Positions 29,594 through 39,513 of a DNA stretch of 64,000 nucleotides are shown one piece after another. Source of the DNA: a virus (lineage: Duplodnaviria; Caudoviricetes); the IMG/VR virus record IMGVR_UViG_3300021399_000098; one strand, given 5' to 3'. Both the position numbers and the translations under genes were made by a program. Within the stretch, counting starts at the first letter, position 1; every line of letters starts with the position of its first letter. The notes beneath the pieces are model-generated. The model worked only from the letters and a program-made list of their open reading frames with translations. It searched no databases and was not told the origin of the DNA.

Positions 29594-30256
29594 TTAACCA
29601 ACCACAGGGCGAACCGAGTAGCCGCTCTCACGGACGCCATAGTACACGCCCTTGTTACCATCGTAAAAGTTCAAGTAGTAAGCGCGCTTACTACCACCAG
29701 GAGAAGAACCCCAACAGTAACCGTAACTGCCTACATTGCTCTGGCTACCATTGCTCCAGTTGCCAGCAGCAGGAATGAATAAAACAGCCCCATTGGTAGC
29801 TGTGAATGTGCCGCCATTTATTCCACTACCTTTGTAGTTTGTTACCCACTGATAAGTAGTATTAGCTGTCAATTCTTGCATTTGTGTTCTCGTTGGCATA
29901 TGCCAAGAGCCACCCCATACTTGGGATGCCGTATCGACAGAAGAATCTAGTGGGTCTTCTGTTCCACTATAAATGCTATCGCCACTTGTTGCTGCATACT
30001 GAGCAGCACCCTTACCGTATTGATAGTAATTACCATAATCAGTTTCTGATGAAGCGCCAACGTTCATCGTTGCCCACAATGTTCCACTTGGCAAGCCAAG
30101 GTTAACATAAGCATGACCATTATAAGGGTCGTAATCAAAGTAATGAACCTTACTGTTATCTTTTGTTAGAGACACATGTGGCCTGCCAAAATCAGTTGTT
30201 GCTGAAAAAGTAGCCAATTCAGCAGTTGTATCGAAATTACTTATAAATTTACCCAT
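29594..30256 (-). CDS. C-type-lectin-fold (Fib_succ_major/DUF1566-like) protein resembling a DGR target
   Basis: YVNLGLPSGTLWATMNVGA, WGGSWHMPT, LFIPAAG, C-terminal GYSVRPV. Confidence 0.8.
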   Translation of the reverse strand: MGKFISNFDTTAELATFSATTDFGRPHVSLTKDNSKVHYFDYDPYNGHAYVNLGLPSGTLWATMNVGASSETDYGNYYQYGKGAAQYAATSGDSIYSGTEDPLDSSVDTASQVWGGSWHMPTRTQMQELTANTTYQWVTNYKGSGINGGTFTATNGAVLFIPAAGNWSNGSQSNVGSYGYCWGSSPGGSKRAYYLNFYDGNKGVYYGVRESGYSVRPVVG

Positions 30257-30383
30257 AATTTCCTAATACTATATTTTTTTAAGTTATTTTATATATAAAT
30301 GTTATTACTAAACTAAACATACCAAAGCTGTATCTGATAGCATCACCATTTCAGACAAGATATATACATTTATTGTGTCTTAA

Positions 30384-31022
30384 TTAAAACATTTCATCGA
30401 AATTGATTTTCTGAGGGTATTCTACGGTGTAATCATATGCCTCAACATCATCAATATTATCAAGTGCATTAACGCTCTCCCTATGCTGTTCTGTCACATT
30501 ACTGCAAGCACTAGCATAGTTTTCCACCACATTAATCATAGAACGCCACTGAGATATTGTAAAGGTGTATTCCTTACCAGCAAAGGTCTTTGTCATTTCA
30601 TCGCCTCCAGCAGCCTCTATTGCCTCAAGAGAAGCCTTTAGACGTGAACGCTGGTCAAAGTTCAACCACATTGGTTCACCACCGATGATGAATGAGTTAA
30701 CGTTAGCTGAATTATCATACTCCGTAATATCGTTCTGTTTTCTACTTTTTGAAATTGCAAGAAGTTCTTCTTCAGTTGGTTCGATACCATCGAGTTTGTT
30801 AAGTTCAATGTTTATCTCTTGGATTTTATCCCTTGCGGCTTGACGTTGTAGAACAAGTGTGTCAAAGTCATAAGGGTCTTCAGCGCCTCTCATACGTGCC
30901 TCATATATTTTCATAATCTTCCAGTCACCGATTGATGATGTGTTTGCTGCAAGATTACTCATAAGTTGTGCCTTCTCAGCATTGAGGGCATTTCTTTTGT
31001 CGAAATTAATATCTTCGTTCAT
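30384..31022 (-). CDS. Tail fibre assembly-like protein (DUF4376-like C-terminus)
   Basis: IGDWKIMKIYE..PYD...RQAARDKI; ITEYDNS..VNSF...MWL...R; VEAYDYTVEYP. Confidence 0.6.
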   Translation of the reverse strand: MNEDINFDKRNALNAEKAQLMSNLAANTSSIGDWKIMKIYEARMRGAEDPYDFDTLVLQRQAARDKIQEINIELNKLDGIEPTEEELLAISKSRKQNDITEYDNSANVNSFIIGGEPMWLNFDQRSRLKASLEAIEAAGGDEMTKTFAGKEYTFTISQWRSMINVVENYASACSNVTEQHRESVNALDNIDDVEAYDYTVEYPQKINFDEMF

Positions 31023-31037
31023 AATTAATATATATTT

Positions 31038-32185
31038 TTAGATAAATATTTTATTTAAATCATTTGTATTGGCAGCTTTAAATGTTTCCTTATAAATTTC
31101 TTTTCTACCAACCTTTTTTAGTTCTTTGTGGGTTGGAAACAAACTTTTATACAATCTATCCATTGCATATATTGAATGATAACACACATTATGTTCCTTT
31201 ATAATAGTTCCTCTCCAAGATTGATAGCAGTTCCATATGTCGTTTTCTGTCATCCTACCACTGTCATACATTCTCTTAAATGCCTTTAGTCTCCTTCTCT
31301 CCCTAACTATTTTTTTCCTAGTTAATCTTTTCAATATTTTTCCATTTGGAAGTATGTTATATTTTATCTGTAGAAATGTAAATCCGTGAGATAGTTTGAC
31401 TACATGTGTTTTCTTTTTATTAATCTCAAGCTTGAGATATGTTAAAGTATTTTCTATCTCCGAAAGTAATGAATATAATTCCTTTTTGGATTTCCCTATT
31501 ATAAATATATCATCCATATACCTTCCGTAATATTTAACACCCTTTACCACCTTTGCAAACACATCTACAGGAGTAAGGTAGTACAATGCCAATATCTGTG
31601 GTGCTTCACTCCCAAGATTCAATCCCTTGTCACTTTTTGAACTGTTGTCTATCACATAGTTTATAAGAGATATTATGTGAGGATTTTTATCCTTTATTTT
31701 CGGATATATAAGTTGTTTCAACGTCTCATGGTCAATACTTTCAAAGTATTTCTTTATGTCAATAAGTAATATATATCCATCAGTGCCATTTTTATGTATG
31801 TATTTTCTTAACAGTATCTCAAACCTTTTTCTAGCAAAAGAAGTACCCCTATTCTTTATTGACGCATAGTTGTCATAAATAACGAAAGGTATCAACGAAG
31901 GAGTAAGGACATCAACAGTTAACACTTTTTGTACTATCTTATCCCTTACTATAGGGGCTTCTATATGCCTTATGTGACCACGTTCATTTAGGTAAAATTC
32001 AACCATCTTGCTTATGTTGTATTTTAAACCTAGGACTTCTTTCTGTAGCTCTAGATTATTGATGAGCAAGTTAGATATGTAACGTTGACTTGTTTCTTTC
32101 CATTTGCTTTGCTTTGCTTGATACTATCATATGCATATTTATTAAGCTTATTCAATTCAAAAAATTCTTCCAATGTATTATCCAT
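31038..32185 (-). pseudogene. DGR reverse transcriptase, frameshifted near the 5' end by an extra 5-bp repeat unit (380 aa if repaired)
   Basis: RDKIVQK, YDNYASIKNRGT, DIKKYFESIDH, LGSEAPQ, YGRYMDD, GFTFLQ. The ATG at 32185 is out of frame; deleting one GCAAA gives ...KQSKWKETSQRYISNLLINNLEL. Confidence 0.85.
32103..32117. repeat. (TTTGC)x3 microsatellite in the RT 5' region
   Basis: catttgctttgctttgcttg at 32101-32120. Confidence 0.95.
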
Positions 32186-32209
32186 TGTTTAAAATAAATT
32201 ATAAAAAAA

Positions 32210-32267
32210 GCAAGGTGCTTATAGTTCCATTTGACGTATCAAGGAACGTCACCTTGCATATTTACCA
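32210..32267 (-). ncRNA. Structured spacer of the DGR template RNA, 3' of TR
   Basis: gcaaggtg...caccttgc closing stem between TR and the RT start. Confidence 0.45.
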
Positions 32268-32340
32268 CATCTTCAGTGGAAGGTTCGATTCTCCTTATCA
32301 AACTGAACCATCGTAATATCTGTATATTACCAGGTCAGAT

Positions 32341-32433
32341 GTTAATCGCAGCAACGTAATTGGTATTGTTAGCATTGTTATTGTTAGCATTACCATTGTT
32401 GTTCACATTGCAGGCATTAGAAGACGAAGCAAC
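32341..32433 (-). repeat. DGR template repeat (TR), 93 nt
   Basis: gttgcttcgtcttctaatgcctgcaatgtgaacaacaatggtaatgctaacaataacaatgctaacaataccaattacgttgctgcgattaac; 14 AAY codons in the target frame. Confidence 0.95.
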
Positions 32434-32464
32434 CTTACAGAACCAAACCTATATCATATAATTA

Positions 32465-32905
32465 TTATTTATTTTCGAGTGCTGTTTTAAATTTGTTACC
32501 GCTTTTTCTCCAAGCTTTAAGACTGTTTATCATCTTTGCAATAGTCTCTATGTATTCCACGTATTTATTATCATTAACCTTAAGCCTCATCATTATTCTA
32601 TGCAAATGAGTTAATATTGCATAGCAAGTGCCTATCGATTTTCCTATATTAGTTCTTCTCTCTTCATATTCAGTCACACAAGTAGGATATATAGAATTAG
32701 CTATCTTTATGTAAAATAATAACTTGTCTGTTAAATCTTCAAGACTCTTGCACCTAATGTCAAGGAATATATAGTTCCTTTCAATTAATTCCTTACTAGC
32801 ATAAAACTTGTGTTCAACAAGATTATCAATATTATCAGCCAATTTAAAATAAAGGCTCTCAAATTCAATACTACTTTTATTTCTCTTATTCTTTACAACA
32901 CTCAT
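32465..32905 (-). CDS. avd: DGR accessory variability determinant (Avd-like four-helix bundle)
   Basis: MSVVKNKR, IANSIYP..EERR, C-terminal LKAWRKS; basic, 146 aa, between target and TR. Confidence 0.8.
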   Translation of the reverse strand: MSVVKNKRNKSSIEFESLYFKLADNIDNLVEHKFYASKELIERNYIFLDIRCKSLEDLTDKLLFYIKIANSIYPTCVTEYEERRTNIGKSIGTCYAILTHLHRIMMRLKVNDNKYVEYIETIAKMINSLKAWRKSGNKFKTALENK

Positions 32906-32938
32906 AACAGTCTATATTAAAAACATTTTTTATTTATC

Positions 32939-32965
32939 ATTGCTACCCCACAAGAGGGTAGCAAT
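32939..32965 (-). other. DGR target-recognition hairpin downstream of VR
   Basis: attgctaccc-7 nt-gggtagcaat, perfect 10-bp stem about 20 nt after the target stop; a second stem (atccttttt/aaaaaggat, 32976-33001) spans the stop codon. Confidence 0.75.
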
Positions 32966-32986
32966 TCTGAGTAAAATCCTTTTTCC

Positions 32987-35929
32987 TTACGCAAAAAGGA
33001 TAAGCGCAGCAACGTAATGGGCACGGTCAACACCGCGATAGTCAGCAGCACCAGTGTCGTGCACACGGCAGGCACTAGAAGACGAAGCAACATCTCTAAG
33101 CCAAGGGTATCTGCCCTCGAATATCTCGTTCATATTGTACACTCTGAAAACATCAAGCTGACGGCAAGCTTCGCCAGTATCATATCCACTTGAACTCCAT
33201 ACAATGCTTCCATATACTTGTACCTCTGATAATGCGCATATCTTTTGGTCAGCATACCAAGCCCAAGAAGAAGAACAACCTCCAGCATTACCAAATCTGT
33301 TATAGCCGCTTGTGTTAACTGCTGTTGAATATAACTTATAATGACTCTTTATATTATTACTACCAAGGTCTCCTTCAACATATGGTAGAACTGTGGTTTC
33401 TAAATAATATTGCAAGTCACAGCTAGCATAACCAGCAGCAGCCGTACCAGTTGTCCAAGTTCCGTCTGTTGAATGAGTGTTCTGACTTGTTGATGTACTA
33501 TTACTACTGTTCCAAACGTAAGTATCATTTGTGTCAACAATGATACCAATGTGGTTATAGTCCAAACGATTAGGTGTTGAAGTACCTTTCATTGTATTAA
33601 GTCCTGCTATAACATAGTTATATGTTTTTCCATTATTGGTTGTAGTACAATAGTCACCAACTCTCATTCCATATTTTTCAAGGTCTTGGTCAGCTACTGC
33701 CTTTTTCAAAGTAGATATAAATGTGGCTTTATCCCACAACTTTCTTGTTCTACGTCTGATTGTATCAAGTTTCAATTTTTCTTCACTTGTTAAGTGAATA
33801 TCACTATCTGCTACATGTTCTTCAGTAGGTGTTAATCTTTTATCTAAGTTTGTTAGTGCAGCAGCTACTGTTTCACTTTGCCCACTTAGGTCATCTACAG
33901 CAGTTTTATCAGCTTTATTTGACAATGCTGTATTCACTTGTGTTGCACTTGAATAACTACTTGTGTTTTGGAATGCCATTGTGCCAACAGCACCAGTCAA
34001 ACTGTTAATAGCAGTGCTTGAAGCTGTGATTGCATCAAGAGTAGACTTGTTACTATGATTGTGAGCACTAGTTGCAGCAGTATCCCAAGAAGATGTCTTA
34101 GCTGTTGTAATACCATCTAATACTGTCTTATTATCATGACTATGTTTAGCAGTATATGCTTCATCCCATTGTCCTTGCTTTAATGTTGTTGGAATAGAAT
34201 ATCCATCACTGAATTTAACATCGAACTTACCACTTTCTGTAATTGCTGTAGTTGCAGCAGAAAGACCTGTAGGAAGTCCAATCTGTACGCTAGTCACAGT
34301 ACCTACATTACTTGTCTTACTATTCCAATTGGTAATATCAGTAGAAGATATACCATCCAATACAGACTTATTACTATGTGTATGGCTATCAGTAGCAGCT
34401 CCATCCCAGTTACTTACCTTTGTAGATGTAATACCACTTATAGCAGCAATATTGGTGGCAAGAGAATCAAGGTTAGTCTTCTCAGTAGTTGACATATGTA
34501 CTGTGCTTGCTGTATGCGCAGTAAATGTAGAAGTATTAACCTTACCACTTGTAGCAGCCTCAATAGCAGTGTCTGTTTGTGCTGTGGTATAGTAATTATC
34601 AGCTTCAAAAATGTCACCGATATTGAGTTCAGTATCTGTCTTACCAGCTGCTGTATTCCAAGTAATTACAAGATATGTTGTACCACTCTTTGTTTCAAGG
34701 GTTACACTATCAACCATACCATCTACCAAGAATGTAGATGCATTAAATGATGACAATACACTACCAGCAGTATTCTTAAGCTGAATATAATGACTCTCAC
34801 TATCATAAGCTACAGTAACACCAACACCACTATAGATGTGTTTTGCTTCTATAAGGTTATCACTATTAGTTATACCAGTAGATACACCCTTTGCAGCAGC
34901 AGTACCAAGTGTAGGCTTATTCTGAATGTATGAATCAGCAGTTGTAGCTGTTTCTGTCCAGTCAGCTTGTACGTTTACTTCAGCACCACTAGCGATATTA
35001 TCAAGCTTTGTCTTTAATGCGTCTGTAAAGTCATTTGATGACAAGTCTTTACCACTTACTTTATCAACCTTATTACCTATAGCTGTATCTACAGCGCCAC
35101 TGTAAGTATTGAAATCAGAGGTATTAAGCTTGTTATCTACGCTATTCCACTTGCTCTTATCATCTGCTGTTACGTGTATAACTGAATCTGCTGTGTGAGC
35201 AGTAACAGTGCCACTAAGTGTATTAGTAGTAGCAGTAGTAGTATAAGCTGTCATTCCAGTTACATCTTGTTTACCACTAATGTCAGCACTTGTTAAATAG
35301 TTTTGTTCACCAACCCAAGTCTTAGTAGCCATATCATTCGTTACTGTTTGAACATAGGCACTTGTTGCAAATCCATTATCATTTACTAAGTCAGATGTCT
35401 TTGAAGGTATTGTTGGCTTGTCTGTAAGGTCATTGTAACTGCCGCTGAAATCAGACTTATTATTCCAGTTAGTCTTATCGGCAGCAGTAACGTGAATATC
35501 AGTGTTTGTAATATGGGTATTCACAGTACCGCTAACTGCATCTAAGTCAGCATCATTTGCCTTCAAAACAAAGGCTGTAGATAATTCAGTAGCACCACTT
35601 GTCTCACTTTTCTTGTAGTAATCGCTTAAATCTGTTGGGGTATATGCTGACGCATCTAATTTTCTACCATTAAGGTCATCAATTGCTTCAGTAACAGTTG
35701 CATCGTTGTTTGTGAACCCACTACCAAGTTTTTTCTCAGTATAATAATTGTCTGATGAGAATGTTGTTATAGCACTATTCTCATTTCTAATTGATATTGT
35801 TTCCACACCTTCAGCATAGTTAATGGCAATCTCACCATCCACCAATTTATCTGGAGATGGCAATTGTGGCAAACCATTAATCTTTAGCTTACTTTTAATG
35901 TGAGAAACGTGTTCAACGTTTTTTGCCAT
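32987..35929 (-). CDS. Tail fibre / receptor-binding protein, DGR target
   Basis: 980 aa, Thr/Ser-rich; GEIAIN N-terminus; H.H.NK..LD.I repeats; C-terminal lectin-like domain ending in VR. Confidence 0.85.
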   Translation of the reverse strand: MAKNVEHVSHIKSKLKINGLPQLPSPDKLVDGEIAINYAEGVETISIRNENSAITTFSSDNYYTEKKLGSGFTNNDATVTEAIDDLNGRKLDASAYTPTDLSDYYKKSETSGATELSTAFVLKANDADLDAVSGTVNTHITNTDIHVTAADKTNWNNKSDFSGSYNDLTDKPTIPSKTSDLVNDNGFATSAYVQTVTNDMATKTWVGEQNYLTSADISGKQDVTGMTAYTTTATTNTLSGTVTAHTADSVIHVTADDKSKWNSVDNKLNTSDFNTYSGAVDTAIGNKVDKVSGKDLSSNDFTDALKTKLDNIASGAEVNVQADWTETATTADSYIQNKPTLGTAAAKGVSTGITNSDNLIEAKHIYSGVGVTVAYDSESHYIQLKNTAGSVLSSFNASTFLVDGMVDSVTLETKSGTTYLVITWNTAAGKTDTELNIGDIFEADNYYTTAQTDTAIEAATSGKVNTSTFTAHTASTVHMSTTEKTNLDSLATNIAAISGITSTKVSNWDGAATDSHTHSNKSVLDGISSTDITNWNSKTSNVGTVTSVQIGLPTGLSAATTAITESGKFDVKFSDGYSIPTTLKQGQWDEAYTAKHSHDNKTVLDGITTAKTSSWDTAATSAHNHSNKSTLDAITASSTAINSLTGAVGTMAFQNTSSYSSATQVNTALSNKADKTAVDDLSGQSETVAAALTNLDKRLTPTEEHVADSDIHLTSEEKLKLDTIRRRTRKLWDKATFISTLKKAVADQDLEKYGMRVGDYCTTTNNGKTYNYVIAGLNTMKGTSTPNRLDYNHIGIIVDTNDTYVWNSSNSTSTSQNTHSTDGTWTTGTAAAGYASCDLQYYLETTVLPYVEGDLGSNNIKSHYKLYSTAVNTSGYNRFGNAGGCSSSWAWYADQKICALSEVQVYGSIVWSSSGYDTGEACRQLDVFRVYNMNEIFEGRYPWLRDVASSSSACRVHDTGAADYRGVDRAHYVAALILFA
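32999..33091 (-). repeat. DGR variable repeat (VR)
   Basis: Colinear with TR: 22 mismatches in 93 nt, 21 of them at TR adenines; encodes VASSSSACRVHDTGAADYRGVDRAHYVAALI. Confidence 0.95.
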
Positions 35930-36150
35930 AAATGTATAAATTATTTTTTATCTTATTTGTTATTATTAATTCCAATATAATTGTTTTTCAAGGTTATAGA
36001 ACCCAACAATTGACAAGAATGTCAGCATTATATTACACAACATATCTCACAATAAGATATTTGTTAATAATAAATAGTATTGAAAAATAAAAAAAGAGAC
36101 TAGAAAATCTATGTTTCTAACCCCTTTTTGAAAAATTATTTAAAGTTTTT

Positions 36151-38601
36151 TTAATTAGCATCGTATACGCCTGCGTCAATATAGCCAAGATGTAAACCAG
36201 CTGAATCATTTACAATACCGCCATCACCATTAACTTTAGCAGATATAGTCTGAGACTTATTATTCTTAGCTTCTACCTCAATACCATTTCCAGCTGTAAC
36301 TCCAGTAAGCATTGCATTATCTACAGTGTTTAATGCAGTATCCAAAGCTTGGTCAGCACCATATAAAGTAGTAGCGGTATTAATATAGTGAGCATTAGTA
36401 TCAGTAGTATATGCATTACCATTTACACCATCAACAGCCTTACGTGCTGCAATTTCATTAGCAAGACCTTGTGCAGATGCCACATCACTAAGATTAACAG
36501 TGTATATCTTATGACCATCAGCATCAGCAGTTTCATCAATACTCATGTTATTACCAGCATCAGTACCTTCAGCAACTACAGTTGTAGCAGCAGCCTTTGC
36601 AGCCTTTACTTGATTCTCCAACTTACCGATTGCTTGATTAACTGTATCAGTTGCAACAACCGCAGCACTAGAAGAACCACTTGCATAACCGTCAAGTTTA
36701 ATGTCAGCACCATCAATGGTTACAGATGCGATTTTATCGCTGAAAGTGCCATTTACACCATTAACTGTGATATTTTCAACCTTAGTTGCCTCAAGGTCAT
36801 TCAATGCAGCACTAACAACTCTTTCATTGTCAGTGATTACCTTATCAACCTCTTTAAATGCCTCTGTAACAGAACTTGTTGAATTGATTCCGCTAAGAAC
36901 ATCAGTGCTAGTGAAACCAGTCATCTTAATCTTAGAAGCATCAGTGATTACATCATACTTAACAGTGCCATCACTAACAGTTGTTGTAGCAGTAGCAACA
37001 GCGATGCTTGAATTAGAAGAACCAATTTCAGTTACAGTCTTTGCACTAAGTGCTGCAAGGTCATCAGCATCAGCAATGTTATCCTCTGTTACTGTAACAG
37101 CAGTGATTTTACCATCAGCCTCAATCACCTCAACGGCAACGTGTTTGTCTGTAGCAATGGTTTGCGTTCCACCAGTTGCATCAAGTGATTCAATAGCGGC
37201 ATTAATAGCGTCAGTTACACCGTCAAGTTTCAAGCCATTAGCACCTACAGTAAGGAACTTGTTATCTCCAGTATCATCACCTGTGGTATCAAGTTTAATA
37301 GAAAGTTTTCCATTAACAGACTGTATACCATTTTCTACCTCAGTTTCAAGGATAAGGTGTGCCATGTCAACTTCAGTTGTCTGCTCAACACCACTTGCAT
37401 CAAGATATTTGTAGATTAACTTTTGAGTTGTTTCATCATAAGTAATACTTACAATATGGCTATCCTTTGCGATGTTAATTGATTCGCCAATCTTGTTTCC
37501 ATCTGAGTCACGGAACTCATAACTTTCCTTAACTGTTTCACCAAGTCCAGTTGTAATCTTAACAAGGTTAAGGTTTGTATAAATACCATCTTCACCAAGT
37601 TTAATTACCTTCTCACCACTCTTGATGTTAACCTTGATGTCAGTTGTGGTTGCTGTTCCAGTAGGTTCAGTTACTACGATAGATTTGTCAGCATTAGTGA
37701 TTTTGTTTGCGCCAACCTTGTTCTCCAACTTAGAAAGAGCGGCATTGATTGTATCAGTAGATGCAATGTCACCAATAGCACTAGCATCTTTTGCGTATCC
37801 GCCAAGCTGCAAGTCCTTGACGTTAGCCTTTGTCTCAGATACGACACCATCAGCCTCAGATACAGTTGTTACAACTTGTCCATCAACAGCAGAAGCACTC
37901 TTATCCATTGCATTAATTTCGTCAGCAATTTCAGCAAGAGCTGCCTTTACATTTGTTGCAGTAATTGCACTATATGAAACGTCTACATATTGTGAATCAA
38001 TATTACCAGCTGAAGCAGAGATAGTACCCTTAGACTGTGAAACAGATATGATAGCCTTACCAGTTTCACTAATAGCAGCAACTGTCGGCATATCTGCTGT
38101 TGTTGCAGAAACCTTACCATCAGCTTGAGATACACTCTTAATGAATGCACCATCACCAGCAGAAATAGCAGTTACATCAAGATTAGCTATTGCAGCATCA
38201 GTATAATCCTTTGCATAAGCTTTTGCGCCTTCTACAGATGTTGCCCCACTATTATCAGATGAAGAGCCACTCAAAGTTTCAAGTTGGCTTGTAACTGTAT
38301 TAGAAGATGAAACACCAGTTCCAACAAGACTATCTACATATGCTTTAGCGTCAGTTCCAGCATCATCAACGTCAATTGTTGTAACAAAAGTTCCATTTGC
38401 TCCACTGTAAACAAAACCTATAAGGGTTTTAACAATGAAATCTGATTCTCCAACAGTTCCACCACTATAACGAGCAAGTATTGCACTACCATCAGCGCCA
38501 AGTCCTTTATTGGTTTCTAATGCAGCTCTAGCTTCTGTACGTGAAGTAAACAAACTACCATTACGCAAGAACTTAATGTTCTGTACATTATTATTTGCCA
38601 T
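36151..38601 (-). CDS. Virion structural / fibre protein
   Basis: 816 aa, Ala/Thr/Ser-rich; VSQADGKVS repeats; DTINAALSKLE/DTVNQAIGKLE; C-terminal IDAGVY. Confidence 0.65.
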   Translation of the reverse strand: MANNNVQNIKFLRNGSLFTSRTEARAALETNKGLGADGSAILARYSGGTVGESDFIVKTLIGFVYSGANGTFVTTIDVDDAGTDAKAYVDSLVGTGVSSSNTVTSQLETLSGSSSDNSGATSVEGAKAYAKDYTDAAIANLDVTAISAGDGAFIKSVSQADGKVSATTADMPTVAAISETGKAIISVSQSKGTISASAGNIDSQYVDVSYSAITATNVKAALAEIADEINAMDKSASAVDGQVVTTVSEADGVVSETKANVKDLQLGGYAKDASAIGDIASTDTINAALSKLENKVGANKITNADKSIVVTEPTGTATTTDIKVNIKSGEKVIKLGEDGIYTNLNLVKITTGLGETVKESYEFRDSDGNKIGESINIAKDSHIVSITYDETTQKLIYKYLDASGVEQTTEVDMAHLILETEVENGIQSVNGKLSIKLDTTGDDTGDNKFLTVGANGLKLDGVTDAINAAIESLDATGGTQTIATDKHVAVEVIEADGKITAVTVTEDNIADADDLAALSAKTVTEIGSSNSSIAVATATTTVSDGTVKYDVITDASKIKMTGFTSTDVLSGINSTSSVTEAFKEVDKVITDNERVVSAALNDLEATKVENITVNGVNGTFSDKIASVTIDGADIKLDGYASGSSSAAVVATDTVNQAIGKLENQVKAAKAAATTVVAEGTDAGNNMSIDETADADGHKIYTVNLSDVASAQGLANEIAARKAVDGVNGNAYTTDTNAHYINTATTLYGADQALDTALNTVDNAMLTGVTAGNGIEVEAKNNKSQTISAKVNGDGGIVNDSAGLHLGYIDAGVYDAN

Positions 38602-38687
38602 AATTTTTAAAAATAGTTTAATTAAGTTATTATTTTATTTTTAATACTAAATTGTTAATAATAAATATCTATTACTCATAATTAAAA

Positions 38688-39284
38688 TTAATATTGGCCA
38701 CAATCGATACCATTTTTTAAATCATCTACCTTACCATTAACGGTATTAACCTTATTATCAACTTCTGTTTTTGTATAATAATTAGATGGGTCAAATATAT
38801 CAGTGATAGATATTTGTATTGGTTGTTTTCCACTATCAGTATTGAAAGTAACTATGAGATATGACTTACCATCAATTACCTTAATTTCAACATTGTCAAC
38901 CATACCATCCTTTACAAAATCAGATGTATCAATCCAAGCAAGAACTCTATCAGAGTTTGAAGCACTATAGAAATTTATCCTTTTACTCCTAGACACATAT
39001 CTAACATCACCGAATTTTTCAGTATTAAGAGTTGAAGCTGATACTTGTAAAGTACCAATGTTAGCAGTGTTTGTATCAATAGCGCCAGATAAAGATTGTG
39101 TTTTTGCATCAACTTGAGCTTCTGTAAGAAATCTAGCAATTTCATCATTAGTGTTTTTAATGAATAGTTTTTCTTTTCCAGCGTATAAATTGATTGCAAT
39201 TTCTCCTTCTTTAAGTTCTGTTACTGATGGTTCTATGTCTGGAACAACACATCTATAATGTTGGTATCTAAATTGTTCTTCCAT
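38688..39284 (-). CDS. Short fibre-module protein
   Basis: GEIAIN and DGMVDNV modules shared with the DGR target; C-terminal IDCGQY. Confidence 0.65.
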   Translation of the reverse strand: MEEQFRYQHYRCVVPDIEPSVTELKEGEIAINLYAGKEKLFIKNTNDEIARFLTEAQVDAKTQSLSGAIDTNTANIGTLQVSASTLNTEKFGDVRYVSRSKRINFYSASNSDRVLAWIDTSDFVKDGMVDNVEIKVIDGKSYLIVTFNTDSGKQPIQISITDIFDPSNYYTKTEVDNKVNTVNGKVDDLKNGIDCGQY

Positions 39285-39302
39285 AATTTATATTTTAAAT
39301 AG

Positions 39303-39488
39303 TTACATATAATAATATCCTCCGTCCAAATCATAAGCACCTTCTCTAGGATTACCGTCATCTAGATGTTGGTAATAATAGCTATCAAAATGAAGGTGTA
39401 TTCCCTCTATGCAATGTGATATGAATGGTTTTGTGCTAGACCTAGCATATTCCTTATGGTTTCTATATAGTTTAAGATATTTTGCCAT
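39303..39488 (-). CDS. Small structural adaptor-like protein
   Basis: MAKYLKLY..PFISHC resembles the N-terminus of the 29594 protein; C-terminal LDGGYY. Confidence 0.55.
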   Translation of the reverse strand: MAKYLKLYRNHKEYARSSTKPFISHCIEGIHLHFDSYYYQHLDDGNPREGAYDLDGGYYYM

Positions 39489-39513
39489 GCATATTTAACT
39501 TAGGTATTATTAT

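Larger units (their letters stand above)
31038..35929 (-). mobile_element. Diversity-generating retroelement (target-VR, hairpins, avd, TR, RT)
   Basis: All canonical components are present and co-oriented; TR and VR differ almost only at TR adenines. Confidence 0.95.

Noticed and set aside
31038-32185. RT as a group II intron or retron
   Set aside because: The adjacent avd, an adenine-specific TR/VR pair and target hairpins identify it as a DGR
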